A DNA stretch of 64,000 nucleotides from Candidatus Latescibacterota bacterium. Its GTDB lineage: Bacteria > Latescibacterota > UBA2968 > UBA8231. Shown here piece after piece: positions 40,384-49,886 of this stretch; within the stretch, counting starts at the first letter, position 1; the number at the start of each line of letters is the position of its first letter. The notes under the pieces are model-generated. The model did not search any database, was not told where the DNA came from, and saw nothing but the letters and a program-made list of their open reading frames with translations. The position numbers were made by a program, and so were the translations under genes. The stretch is from assembly GCA_965206595.1 (NCBI GenBank), contig OZ242214.1:1536001-1600000 (forward strand). The letters are read 5' to 3'.

Positions 40384-41436
40384 ATGGCGGCGCTGAAGGT
40401 CGGGATCATCGGGGTGGGCGGCATATCGCGGTCTCACATGCCCGGTTGGGGGGCTTCGGAACATGCCGAGGTGGTTGCCGGATGTGATATCGACGCTACG
40501 GTGTTGCGTTCGTGGGGGGAGGAGCAGGGCGTTTCCAGGCTGTACCCGACCCCGGAAGAGCTGTTCTGCGACCGGGAAATCGACATCGTCGACATATGCG
40601 TCCCAAACATGCACCACGCCCCTCTCGCGGTCGCCGCGCTCGAAGCGGGAAAGCACGTGATCTGCGAAAAGCCCCTGGCGCCGACTCCAGACCTGGTGCG
40701 TGAAATGATCGCTGCGCGCGACAAGTCCGGAAAGAAGCTGATGACGGCCCAGCATTTCCGCTTCGAGCCCTCGGCGCGGGCGATGAAGGCCGAAATCGAT
40801 CTCGGGGTTCTCGGCGACATCTACCACGCCCGCAGCTGGATGCTGCGCCGGGGGTTCGCTCCTACCGGCCCCGGCTTCGTGCAGCGCCGGCTGAGCGGCG
40901 GCGGACCGTGCATCGATATCGGGGTTCACATCCTCGACCTCACCCTCTGGTTCATGGGAAACCCGCAGCCGGCAGCGGTCAGCGGCGTCGCCCGCGCCGA
41001 GATCGCCGGGCAGGAAGGGGCCTTCGGCGGCGGGCGCCGCTCGATTCCCCCGGAATTCGACGTCGAGGATTTCGCCGCGGCGTTCGTTCGCTTCGACAGC
41101 GGCGCGACCTTGATCCTCGAAGTGAGCTGGCTGCTGCACCACGACACGAGCGGCGAGGACATGCAGATGTGGCTGTACGGGACAGCCGGCGGCCTGCACT
41201 GGCCGAAGTGCGAAATTCTGGAGACCAACTACCGGACGCGCCAGTTCTACAACAGGGCGGTGAAACTGATGCCGGAAGGTCTCGAGGCTCACGCCCAGGA
41301 GTGCGCCGAGTTCGCCCGGGCGGTCGCCGAGGACGCCCCCTCGCCGGTACCGGCGGAGCAGTCCCTGCAGGTAATGGCGATTCTCGACGGCATCTACCGC
41401 AGCCAGAGAGCCGGAGAAGAGGTCAGTCTGACCTAG
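40384..41436 (+). CDS. Gfo/Idh/MocA oxidoreductase
   Basis: KVGIIGVGGI, ICVPNMHH, GKHVICEKP, GGGPCIDIGVHILD, DVED. Confidence 0.93.
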   Translation: MAALKVGIIGVGGISRSHMPGWGASEHAEVVAGCDIDATVLRSWGEEQGVSRLYPTPEELFCDREIDIVDICVPNMHHAPLAVAALEAGKHVICEKPLAPTPDLVREMIAARDKSGKKLMTAQHFRFEPSARAMKAEIDLGVLGDIYHARSWMLRRGFAPTGPGFVQRRLSGGGPCIDIGVHILDLTLWFMGNPQPAAVSGVARAEIAGQEGAFGGGRRSIPPEFDVEDFAAAFVRFDSGATLILEVSWLLHHDTSGEDMQMWLYGTAGGLHWPKCEILETNYRTRQFYNRAVKLMPEGLEAHAQECAEFARAVAEDAPSPVPAEQSLQVMAILDGIYRSQRAGEEVSLT

Positions 41437-42521
41437 TGTTGTGTCGCAGAGATTCGTTCGCAAAGTCTCTTGATTTTCGCGAGGATGGAATCGGCCGTAG
41501 CGGTCCAGACGAAAGGGTGTGCGTTGGCGTTCCATTTGGCCGTGTAGCGTTCAATGCGCTCGATGAGCTCGGATACCTTACGGAACGAGTCCCGGCGAAC
41601 CGCCTGGCGGGTAATGATGCCGAACCAAATCTCCACCTGGTTGAGCCACGAAGCATAGGTGGGGGTGTAGTGAACGTGAAATCGGGGACGCCGTGCCAGC
41701 CATCGCTTGACCTTGGCATGCTTATGCGTGGCGTAGTTGTCCACGACAAGAGGAATATCGAGGTCAGCGGGGACGTGGGCCTCAATGTGGCGCAGGAACG
41801 GGAGGAACTCCTGGTGACGATGACGAGACTTGCATTGGGTCATCACGGCGCCGGTGGCGATGTCCAGTGCGGCGAACAGGGTGGTGGTGCCATGGCGCTT
41901 GTAGTCGTGCGGTACCCCTCCCACGTATCCCAGTCCCAGGGGCAGCATGGGCTGACTTCGTTCCAACGCCTGGATCCGGCTCTTCTCGTCGACGCACAGC
42001 ACCAGGGCGTGCTCGGGTGGATTCAGGTACAAGCCGACGATATCCCGTACTTTGTCGACAAAGAAAGGATCGGTGGAAAGCTTGAAGTGCTTGTGTCGAT
42101 GGGGCTGCAAACCATACGTGCGCCAAATGCGATGAACCGCGTCCTTGGTCAAGCCGGTTTCTTCGCCCATGGAGCGCACCGACCACTGTGTTTCGTCTTT
42201 GGGCTTGGTCTTCAGGGTCTTGTATACCACCTCGGCTACCTGTTCATCCGTACTCGATCGTGGCGCCCCTGAGCGCAGCTCATCATGCAAGCCCTGGAGC
42301 CCGTTTTCGAGAAAGCGCCGGCGCCACTTGCCGACCGTAGCACGCGTCACACCCACGGCGGCCGCGACGGCTTCATTGGGCCCGCCTTCTGCGGCCAGCA
42401 GACTAATCTCGGCTCGCCGCACCAACCCGTGGGAAAGGCTCCGGGATTTGGCCATCGATTCCAATCGTTCCCGGTCCGACGGACTCAGCTCTAACGGCGG
42501 TAATGGACGCCCCGTCACCAT
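41433..42521 (-). CDS. IS630 transposase (intact)
   Basis: N-terminal HTH, RSGAPR, FKLSTDP, DDE triad in CVDEKS / VVDNYATH / SWLNQVEIWF. Confidence 0.95.
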   Translation of the reverse strand: MVTGRPLPPLELSPSDRERLESMAKSRSLSHGLVRRAEISLLAAEGGPNEAVAAAVGVTRATVGKWRRRFLENGLQGLHDELRSGAPRSSTDEQVAEVVYKTLKTKPKDETQWSVRSMGEETGLTKDAVHRIWRTYGLQPHRHKHFKLSTDPFFVDKVRDIVGLYLNPPEHALVLCVDEKSRIQALERSQPMLPLGLGYVGGVPHDYKRHGTTTLFAALDIATGAVMTQCKSRHRHQEFLPFLRHIEAHVPADLDIPLVVDNYATHKHAKVKRWLARRPRFHVHYTPTYASWLNQVEIWFGIITRQAVRRDSFRKVSELIERIERYTAKWNANAHPFVWTATADSILAKIKRLCERISATQH

Positions 42522-42602
42522 AGGTCTCTCCTTTCAGAAGGGGGATAAGAGAAACCTACGGCACTTTCAATTGTTTGTACAGTTAATTACACGACAGGAC
42601 AC
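41436..42602 (-). mobile_element. IS630-family insertion sequence
   Basis: Imperfect terminal inverted repeats GTGTTGTGTCG / CGACAGGACAC, TA on each side within CTAG (41433-41436 and 42602-42605), lower GC than the flanks. Confidence 0.92.
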
Positions 42603-42757
42603 TAGGGTTCTTCCCACCAATCAGGGACACACCAGCCGGCCCCTTTCTCCTCCGACTACCGCAGGAGACCTGCCCAGCCGATTACCCCAGCTTCGCCAGG
42701 ACAAAGGGGGAACGGTCCTTCGCAGGGTGTGAACGGGGTCCTCCGGGAAGGTCGGCT

Positions 42758-44497
42758 TCATTCCGCTACTGCGCCGGCGCAACCCAAGAGGTCGGCGATG
42801 GTACCGGTTTCGAGCGTATTGATCACGTCCGACGCTTCGAGCCAGCCCTTGCGGCCCAGGCTCACCCCCAGCCCGATGTAATCGAGATGGCCGATCCGGT
42901 GGGCGTCGGTGTTGATGGCGATCCGGACGCCCCGCTCCCGGGCCTTCCTGATCCAGCGCCAGTCGAGGTCGAGCCGATTGGGCTGCGCGTTCAGCTCGAG
43001 GGTTACGTTGTTGCCCGCGGCGGCCTCGATGACGGCCTCCATATCGATCTCCCAGCCCCGTCGCTGATTGAGGATCCTGCCCTCAGGATGGGCGAGTATG
43101 CGAGTGCGGGGGTGCTCGATGGCGCGGATAACCCGCGCTGTCTGCCTGGACTCGTCCATGTTCATCCCGTTGTGGACGGCGACTACGACAAAATCGAACG
43201 CCTCGAGGAGTTCGTCGTCGTAATCGAGACTGCCGTCCCGACGGATGTCGCATTCTATTCCCTTGAAAACCCGGAAGTCTTCCCAGGTCCCGTTCACGGC
43301 ATCGATCTCCCGGTGCTGTTCGGCAACCTCTTCCGGTTTGAGTCCGAACACGTACCCCGCGGACTGGCTGTGGTCGCAGATTCCGAGATAGGAATACCCG
43401 CGCCCGCGGACCGCCGCGGCCATCTCGGCGACGCTGTCCATGCCGTCGCTGTACGAGGTGTGCACGTGCAGCATGCCGCGAATGTCCCCGGGCAGGATGA
43501 GGTCGGGAAGCGTCCCTGCGGCGGCGGCCTCGACCTCGCCGAGGCCCTCGCGCAGCTCCGGAGGGATGTAGCTCAGCTCGAGGGCGGCGAAGAGATCGGC
43601 CTCCCCCGCACAGGGGACGGCGTCCCCGGATCCGGTGAAGAGCCCGTACTCGTTCAGGCGCATGCCCCGGCCGAGGGCCCGCGACCGCATGGCGACGTTG
43701 TGGTCCTTGCTGCCGGTGAAGTGATGGAGAAGGGCGGGGAACCGGGCGTCCGCTACGATCCGCAGGTCGGCCTGGATGCCGCTGTGCAGGCGCACCGAGG
43801 TCTTGGTGTCCCCCCTGGCGATCATCTCGCGCACCGTGTGATGGCCGGCGAACGCAGCCGAGACCGCGGCAGGGTCGTCGCTGCCGGCGACGATGTCGAT
43901 ATCCTTGACGGTCTCCCTGCAGCGCCGCAGGCTGCCGGCAATTCCGGCCCTCTTCGTCGCGGGCAGGGCGCGCAAGGCCTCGCACAGCTCCCCGGCCTGG
44001 GCGGCTGCCTCGTGCAGCAGCCAGCTTTTTCCAAACTCCCGCAGGCGGCCGATCGCGGCGAGAATGTTCTCCCGGGTCTTTGCCCCAAAGCCGCCGAGCC
44101 GGTCCAGGCGGCCGTCACGGCAGGCCTTTTCGAGCTCCTCGACCGATTCGATTCCCGCGCCCTCGAAGAGAGCCCTGACTTTCCTGGTGCCGAGCCCCGG
44201 AATCCGCAGGACGTCGAGCAGGCCCTCGGGGATCTTTTCCTTCAGATCCTCGTGGGCAGCCGCCGACCCTGTAAGGACGAACTCGGTAACCAGTTCCTCC
44301 ACCCCCTTGCCGATCCCTTCGATTTCGGTCAGGGTGCCGTCGGCTGCCATTGCTGCGGCATCGACGCCGAGCTCCTCGATCATGCGCGCCGCGTTGGTCA
44401 TGGCGCGTACGCGGAACGGGTTGTCACCGTTGAGTTCCATCAAGGCGCCGTGGCGGTTGAGGAAATCGACGACCTCGGCGTTGGCGGGGCAGCTCAC
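42758..44497 (-). CDS. polX: DNA polymerase X / PHP exonuclease
   Basis: NPFRVRA, IEGIGKG, GSLRR..TVKDID, HFTGSKDHN, LNEYGLF, IPPELRE, HVHTSYSDG, DHS, AHP, NTDAH. Confidence 0.95.
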   Translation of the reverse strand: MSCPANAEVVDFLNRHGALMELNGDNPFRVRAMTNAARMIEELGVDAAAMAADGTLTEIEGIGKGVEELVTEFVLTGSAAAHEDLKEKIPEGLLDVLRIPGLGTRKVRALFEGAGIESVEELEKACRDGRLDRLGGFGAKTRENILAAIGRLREFGKSWLLHEAAAQAGELCEALRALPATKRAGIAGSLRRCRETVKDIDIVAGSDDPAAVSAAFAGHHTVREMIARGDTKTSVRLHSGIQADLRIVADARFPALLHHFTGSKDHNVAMRSRALGRGMRLNEYGLFTGSGDAVPCAGEADLFAALELSYIPPELREGLGEVEAAAAGTLPDLILPGDIRGMLHVHTSYSDGMDSVAEMAAAVRGRGYSYLGICDHSQSAGYVFGLKPEEVAEQHREIDAVNGTWEDFRVFKGIECDIRRDGSLDYDDELLEAFDFVVVAVHNGMNMDESRQTARVIRAIEHPRTRILAHPEGRILNQRRGWEIDMEAVIEAAAGNNVTLELNAQPNRLDLDWRWIRKARERGVRIAINTDAHRIGHLDYIGLGVSLGRKGWLEASDVINTLETGTIADLLGCAGAVAE

Positions 44498-45318
44498 GCT
44501 GCGCCTTCCCGAAAACGCGCCAGGAGTACGAGCATCTGGGCGGTGAGGGACTCGTTGCCGGCCGCGAGTCCGGGCTTGATCAGCGTGCAGGGTTGATTGT
44601 ATCGCCGCACCTGTCCGCCGAGATCGAGCATGCGGCCCCCGGCTTCCCGAACGAGCAGGTCACCGGCACATACGTCCCATTCGTTTTTGGGCTTTACGCT
44701 GACATTGAGGTCGCCGAGCCCGGCGGCAACCAGGGCGAGTTTGTAGGCTACGCTGCCGACGGGACGCACCCTTGCAAAGTGGGGGCGCAGCGGATCGATC
44801 TCGCCGCGCGCGGTTTCGCTGCGGCTGACGATCAAGGTTGCGCGGTCAAGCCGGTTCACCGCGGTGCAGAAGACCCGCTTGCCGTTGAGAAAACAGCCAC
44901 CCCCGCGCACGGCGCTGAACAGCGCCCCGGCCACCGGGTTGAAGACGACGGCGACGACCGGATTCCCATCCTCTACCAGGGCAATGGAGGTGCCGAACTC
45001 CCCGATCTGGTTCAGGAATTCCATGGTACCGTCGATCGGGTCGACGATCCACAGGCGCCGATTCTCGAGGCGTGCGGGTGAATCGACGCTTTCCTCTGAG
45101 AGCCAGCCACAGCCCGGGCAGGCAGCGGTCAACAGCTCGTGAAGGCGGGCGTCGACCTCCAGGTCCGCCCGCGTGACCGGATCGTAGCGGGCGGCTCCGG
45201 GGGGCCCGTCGCTGCTGCTTCCCTTGTCGCGGATTTCCCTTGCGGCTCCATAGTGCGACAGCAGGATCCTGCCCGCTTCACGGGCGGCGGCGATGGCAGC
45301 CTCGAGCTCGGGTCTCAT
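44494..45318 (-). CDS. Inositol monophosphatase / CysQ-family phosphatase
   Basis: PVTRAD, LSEE, WIVDPIDGT, GSVAYK, WDVCAG..LVREAGG; overlaps polX start. Confidence 0.9.
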   Translation of the reverse strand: MRPELEAAIAAAREAGRILLSHYGAAREIRDKGSSSDGPPGAARYDPVTRADLEVDARLHELLTAACPGCGWLSEESVDSPARLENRRLWIVDPIDGTMEFLNQIGEFGTSIALVEDGNPVVAVVFNPVAGALFSAVRGGGCFLNGKRVFCTAVNRLDRATLIVSRSETARGEIDPLRPHFARVRPVGSVAYKLALVAAGLGDLNVSVKPKNEWDVCAGDLLVREAGGRMLDLGGQVRRYNQPCTLIKPGLAAGNESLTAQMLVLLARFREGAA

Positions 45319-45387
45319 GGGTAGGAGAGGTCCTGTCCTCGATTTCAAGCGTCCAGGTTCCTGCCAGGGGGCGTCGTCAACCTCGTC

Positions 45388-45417
45388 TTGACAATTCCGG
45401 GCGGGCTCCGGTAATCT
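45388..45417 (+). promoter_or_regulatory. Candidate sigma70 promoter
   Basis: TTGACA-N18-TAATCT. Confidence 0.45.
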
Positions 45418-45488
45418 AAACAGACAGAAATAAGCCTGTCCCGGCCCCCGTGGGTACCGAACCTCCCCGATCGCAAAGGCAGAGTCGC

Positions 45489-46148
45489 ATGTTTCTAAGG
45501 AACTTGCTGTGCTGCAACATCATAATGGCAGTCACCGTCATGGGGTTGTCAGTGTTGCCGAACGCCCTGTACGGCGACGATGACCCCATCGTGGCGACCC
45601 TGGAAAAGATCGCCGCGGACGAATCCTGGGGAGAGGTGGTTCTCAAGTCCGGAAAAGTTCGCGCGATTCAGGTCGTCGCGATCGATGGTGAGGAAATCTC
45701 GGTTCGCGAGGTCATCGGCGCCCTGCACGAGCGCCCGGCAACCTACTCGCTCGGTCAGTTCCACTCGATCCGCGAGCTCGGAAGCCGCCGCATCCCCATG
45801 CGTCTGGCGGCGTACCAGCCCCGCCGTTCCCTGGTAGCCGCCCTGACGATCGAGACGCTGATCCCGGGAGGGGGATTCTTCTACATCGGGGAATCCCGCC
45901 AGGGATTCTCGCTGTTGCTTTTCTCCGCTGCCGCGGTGGCCACCGGAATTTTGACAGGTAAGGATGGGGCGGCCGGTTGGGTGCCGATCGGGGTGTGGTC
46001 CAAGTTCGGGTCCCTTCTCCATCTGCGCGATCAGGTACAGGCCATCAACGCCTACCACGAGCGCCGGCTGGACGCCGACTCCCGCAATGGCGATGCCGGG
46101 GGTCTGTCTTCGGCGACGCCCTTCGTCCGTTTGGGTTTCAGGTTCTGA
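45489..46148 (+). CDS. Hypothetical exported/membrane protein
   Basis: Signal-like N-terminus, IPGGGFFY.G motif, C-terminal LGFRF. Confidence 0.6.
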   Translation: MFLRNLLCCNIIMAVTVMGLSVLPNALYGDDDPIVATLEKIAADESWGEVVLKSGKVRAIQVVAIDGEEISVREVIGALHERPATYSLGQFHSIRELGSRRIPMRLAAYQPRRSLVAALTIETLIPGGGFFYIGESRQGFSLLLFSAAAVATGILTGKDGAAGWVPIGVWSKFGSLLHLRDQVQAINAYHERRLDADSRNGDAGGLSSATPFVRLGFRF

Positions 46149-46312
46149 GGCCACCCTGCAGGCTGTGCAGGCAGCATCAGGTCGGCGCGTGGGCCGGGAG
46201 GACCGTTCTTCCGGGAATGCTTCCGATGCCCTCCAAAGCCGCTCGAGAACCTGCCGAGAGCGCCTTGGATTGCGGTAAAGAGGCATTCCTTAACCAACAC
46301 TGAGACAGACGG

Positions 46313-47026
46313 TCAGTCTCGTCGTTCAAAGTCGACGACGCGCTTTTGCGGGGAGAGGTCGATTTCATCGATGACGGCGCCTCCGCGAGCATCGAGGACC
46401 AGTGAGACCGCCGCGGCGACGTCGACCGGCAAAAGGTGCTGGCCCGGTTCGGATCCGGGGCGAAACTCCAGGTTTTCGTGAAAGGCGGTCCGCACCATTC
46501 CGGGATTGACGAGGGCGACGCGGATTCCGCTGGCCGCGGTCTCCTCGCGCATCGATTGCGCGAACCCGCGGAGGGCGAACTTGGCAGCGCAGTAGAGCGA
46601 GCCCCGGCGTCCGCCCTTGGCCGCAGCTTCGGAACCGATCAACACGACATCCCCCTTGCCGCGCCTCCGGAACCCCGGGAGAAAGGCGCGCAGGAGAAAG
46701 ACCTGACTTGTGAAGTTGAGGTCGAGGGCGCGGCGAATCCTGTCGTAGGAAAACTGCTCGAGGTGGCCGAAAACGGCCTCCCCGGCGTTGCAGACGAGGG
46801 CGTCGATCTCCGGGTGAGCCGCGGCTATCCCGGCCAGCCGGTCAGGCAGCGCGTCGAGGTCGGCGAGGTCGATCTCGACCGCATCGAAACCTGTGAGCCC
46901 GTGACAGGGGAATTTGCCCAAGTCCCGGGCTAGGCCGACGACCCGATCCCCGGCTTCCAGGCGAGCCTCGCACACGGCGCGGCCGATTCCGGCGCTGGCC
47001 CCGGTCACCAGGACCGTCCGGCTCAT
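46313..47026 (-). CDS. Short-chain dehydrogenase/reductase
   Basis: TGASAGIG, CNAG, catalytic S...YCAAK, PGMVRT. Confidence 0.93.
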   Translation of the reverse strand: MSRTVLVTGASAGIGRAVCEARLEAGDRVVGLARDLGKFPCHGLTGFDAVEIDLADLDALPDRLAGIAAAHPEIDALVCNAGEAVFGHLEQFSYDRIRRALDLNFTSQVFLLRAFLPGFRRRGKGDVVLIGSEAAAKGGRRGSLYCAAKFALRGFAQSMREETAASGIRVALVNPGMVRTAFHENLEFRPGSEPGQHLLPVDVAAAVSLVLDARGGAVIDEIDLSPQKRVVDFERRD

Positions 47027-47030
47027 TCTG

Positions 47031-48047
47031 CTACTCCGGCACGCCGGTGCTCAGGCACGGAAACAGGACCTCCTCCGGGACGTATCGCCGCAGCTCTTCC
47101 AGGCAGAAACCGAGTAGATCTTCGCGAAGGCGGCTGGGATACCCGGTCTCCCCGGCGGTTTCCTCGAGGCTCGCGAACAGCGCTTCTTCGGGGTAGAGCG
47201 TTTCCATGCGGCGGTGGAAGGGGCGGGGCAGGCGCAGGGTGCCGAGGGAGACCGAATGGACAAGGTCTCCGCGCACCTCGGCAAAGGTTTCGGCGAAAAG
47301 CCCCCGGTACGACTGGTGAAAACCGGGGCGCCAGATCAGCGGATCGAAGCGCAGGCCGACGGGCCATCCGGCTTCCTGAAGCCGTGCCGCGGCGGCGATG
47401 CGGCTGCGCACCGGGGGAGCCCCTTTCTCGTACATGGCCAGCTCGGCCGGGTTGAGGCTGTAGGCGACGACGACGTTGCCGAGTGCGGATTTCAGGGGGG
47501 CGGTTCGCACACTCTTGGTGCGCAGCTCGAACAGCGCCTCCGGGTGAGCGGCGAAAAAGGGCAGGAAGTCTTCGACGAACCCCGTGATCCCCTCCATCGC
47601 CAGGCTGTCGCAATCGTAGCCGGTGAAAAAATGGGGCTCCTCGGGCTGCTTTCCACTGGCTGCGGCCGCATGGAGCTCCTCCTCGATGTCGGCCTTGAAG
47701 TCGTCGAAATCGACGAAAACCACCATGTGGGCGGAGCGATACATTCCCTGGAGAAAGCAGTAACGGCAATCGTACAGGCAGTTCAGCATATGAGAGAAAT
47801 AGAAATTTCTGCTGCTGCCGATACCATAGCCCGGCGGCGCCGGAAGCACCCGCCGGCCCTGCTTGGCCGCGAGGATGAGGGCGGGGTTGCGTTTCTGGAG
47901 CCTGAAGCTCTGGCCGGAGCGGTTGAAGATCTCGCCGTAGCGGGCACAGTCGACGATGGTGGCGCTGGGAAAACGCCGGCAGATCTCCCGCGTGCGCTCG
48001 CAGTCGCGCACCGCTTCCTCGACGTAGAGGAAATCGAACATCGTCAC
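47031..48047 (-). CDS. Spore photoproduct lyase-like radical SAM protein
   Basis: NCLYDCRYC (CxxxCxxC), DSLA, ELRTK, SLNP, YE...P....RI.A, FDPL. Confidence 0.85.
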   Translation of the reverse strand: MTMFDFLYVEEAVRDCERTREICRRFPSATIVDCARYGEIFNRSGQSFRLQKRNPALILAAKQGRRVLPAPPGYGIGSSRNFYFSHMLNCLYDCRYCFLQGMYRSAHMVVFVDFDDFKADIEEELHAAAASGKQPEEPHFFTGYDCDSLAMEGITGFVEDFLPFFAAHPEALFELRTKSVRTAPLKSALGNVVVAYSLNPAELAMYEKGAPPVRSRIAAAARLQEAGWPVGLRFDPLIWRPGFHQSYRGLFAETFAEVRGDLVHSVSLGTLRLPRPFHRRMETLYPEEALFASLEETAGETGYPSRLREDLLGFCLEELRRYVPEEVLFPCLSTGVPE

Positions 48048-48961
48048 CCCATCCGGTCGGGAAGCGAAAGTGCGAGGCGATTCTTCAGGAGGCGGATCAC
48101 CTCCGCGCCGGTGCGCGGGTCCTGTCCCTGGAAGCCGGCCACGGCTTCGGCGCGGGGAGCCGCGGCCCGCAGGCGTTGCAGCAGCCGCCGCAGCTGGTGC
48201 CGCTGCGTCTCGGTGAAGTGCCAGCGTTCCAGCAGGCGCCGGAACTCCGGGTCGGCCGCGGTCAGCGGTCCTGGCAGGCGCAGGAGCGCCGCGAGCTCCG
48301 CGACGATATCGGCGACGAGCTGCAGGTGGGCCCCGATCAGGGCCCTCGCCCTGGCCGCGGTCACCGTCGCCGCCGGGGTGGAAGGGTTGTCGGATACGAC
48401 CTTGAAGCAGTGGATCAGCTCCGGCGTCGTCTGGTCGCTGGCCGCGGCGAAGAAGGGGTGTGCTTCCATGTCATACGCGGCGTCGCCGGGGTACTCCCGC
48501 TCTACCCGGGCGACCGTGGCGACCTCGACCGTTGGGCAAGGGGGTGTGAAGGGGAACATCGGGTAGAAGCTGCCGGTCTCCCGGTCGCCCCGGCTTATCT
48601 TGTGTGCCAGCAGCGGGGTTCCCACCGGGTGCCGGCGATGGCCGGCGATGCCGACGTTGAGCCAGGCGCAGGGCAGGCGGCCTTCTCCTTCGCCGCGGAA
48701 CGTTCGCACCGCTGCCTCGGCTCCAGCGGCTCCCGGGCCGCACGAGATCAGCGACAGTTCGACACCCTGCCAATGCCCTTTCCAGAGCCGCGCCCCCCCA
48801 TGTCTCCCCGCTGGCGCAGGCTTGAGCCGCCAGCCCTTGACAAGCGGCTTCGCCTCGGCGGGAAGGGCGCACAGCAGGCGCAGGTCGACGGCGGGCAGGA
48901 GGCTGGTCTTACCCCCAGCGGAAGCGTCGTTGACCGTTCTGTCCTCGTCGTCCAAGTTCAT
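48044..48961 (-). CDS. Nucleoside phosphorylase / MTA-SAH nucleosidase-fold protein
   Basis: CAL.AEAKPL, SCGPG, LNVGIAG, YDMEA, KVVSD; the upstream extension in the ORF track is the antisense of dapF. Confidence 0.78.
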   Translation of the reverse strand: MNLDDEDRTVNDASAGGKTSLLPAVDLRLLCALPAEAKPLVKGWRLKPAPAGRHGGARLWKGHWQGVELSLISCGPGAAGAEAAVRTFRGEGEGRLPCAWLNVGIAGHRRHPVGTPLLAHKISRGDRETGSFYPMFPFTPPCPTVEVATVARVEREYPGDAAYDMEAHPFFAAASDQTTPELIHCFKVVSDNPSTPAATVTAARARALIGAHLQLVADIVAELAALLRLPGPLTAADPEFRRLLERWHFTETQRHQLRRLLQRLRAAAPRAEAVAGFQGQDPRTGAEVIRLLKNRLALSLPDRMG

Positions 48962-48997
48962 GGAAAACAACAGCCAATGGTCACAAGAGGCGGCGGA

Positions 48998-49867
48998 GTG
49001 AGAAACGGATTCTTCAAGGGGCACGGGCTCGGAAACGACTACATCGCCCTCGATCCCGGCGACCTCGATTTCGAGCTCACACCAAGTGCAATAAGGGCGC
49101 TGTGCGACCGCAACCGGGGTCTGGGAAGCGACGGTATCCTCGCCGTCGCCCCCACCGCAAAAGCGGACTTCGGCGTCAGAATATACAACCCCGACGGCAG
49201 CGAAGCGGAAAAGTCCGGGAACGGTCTGCGCATTCTCGGGCGCTACCTGCATTCGACCGGAAGGACCTGCCGCAGGCGCTTCACCGTAGATACCATGGGC
49301 GGCCTCGTCGGGATCGAGCTGCACATCGACCGCCACGGAGACGCCAGCGCCGCCACGGTCGCGATGGGGAGCGCCTCTTTCCACCCGGGGGACCTGCCCT
49401 GCACCCTGGCCGCAGAGGAGCTGATCGACCAGCCGATCCCGGTAGACGGCAGGGAGCTCCGTTTCACCGGGGTCAGCGTCGGCAACCCTCACTGCGTCCT
49501 GTTCAGGGAGAAGGGGCAGGAGTGGTCGCGCCGCGAGCTCCTCGATCTCGGACCCCGGCTCGAGAACCACGAGCTGTTTCCGCGCCGCATCAACGTTCAG
49601 CTCGCCGTTCCGCTCGGACCGCAATCGATCTACATCCTCATCTGGGAAAGGGGGGCAGGGGAGACCCAGGCGTCCGGCTCCTCCTCCTGCGCCGCGGCCA
49701 GCGCCGCGGTCCGCCTCGGACTGGTGGGCAGCCCGGTCACCGTGCAGGCTCCGGGTGGCGCCCTCGAGATCGAGGTCTCCGACGACTTCGATCTGACGAT
49801 GAAAGGGCCGGTCGACGAGGTTGCGACAGGCAGCTTCACACCGGCGTTCATCCGCTCCCTGCGCTAG
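48998..49867 (+). CDS. dapF: Diaminopimelate epimerase
   Basis: KGHGLGNDY, GLGSDG, NPDGSEAEKSGNG, GNPHC, WERGAGETQASGSSSC. Confidence 0.88.
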   Translation: MRNGFFKGHGLGNDYIALDPGDLDFELTPSAIRALCDRNRGLGSDGILAVAPTAKADFGVRIYNPDGSEAEKSGNGLRILGRYLHSTGRTCRRRFTVDTMGGLVGIELHIDRHGDASAATVAMGSASFHPGDLPCTLAAEELIDQPIPVDGRELRFTGVSVGNPHCVLFREKGQEWSRRELLDLGPRLENHELFPRRINVQLAVPLGPQSIYILIWERGAGETQASGSSSCAAASAAVRLGLVGSPVTVQAPGGALEIEVSDDFDLTMKGPVDEVATGSFTPAFIRSLR

Positions 49868-49886
49868 GGAGTACCGCGGTGCAGGG

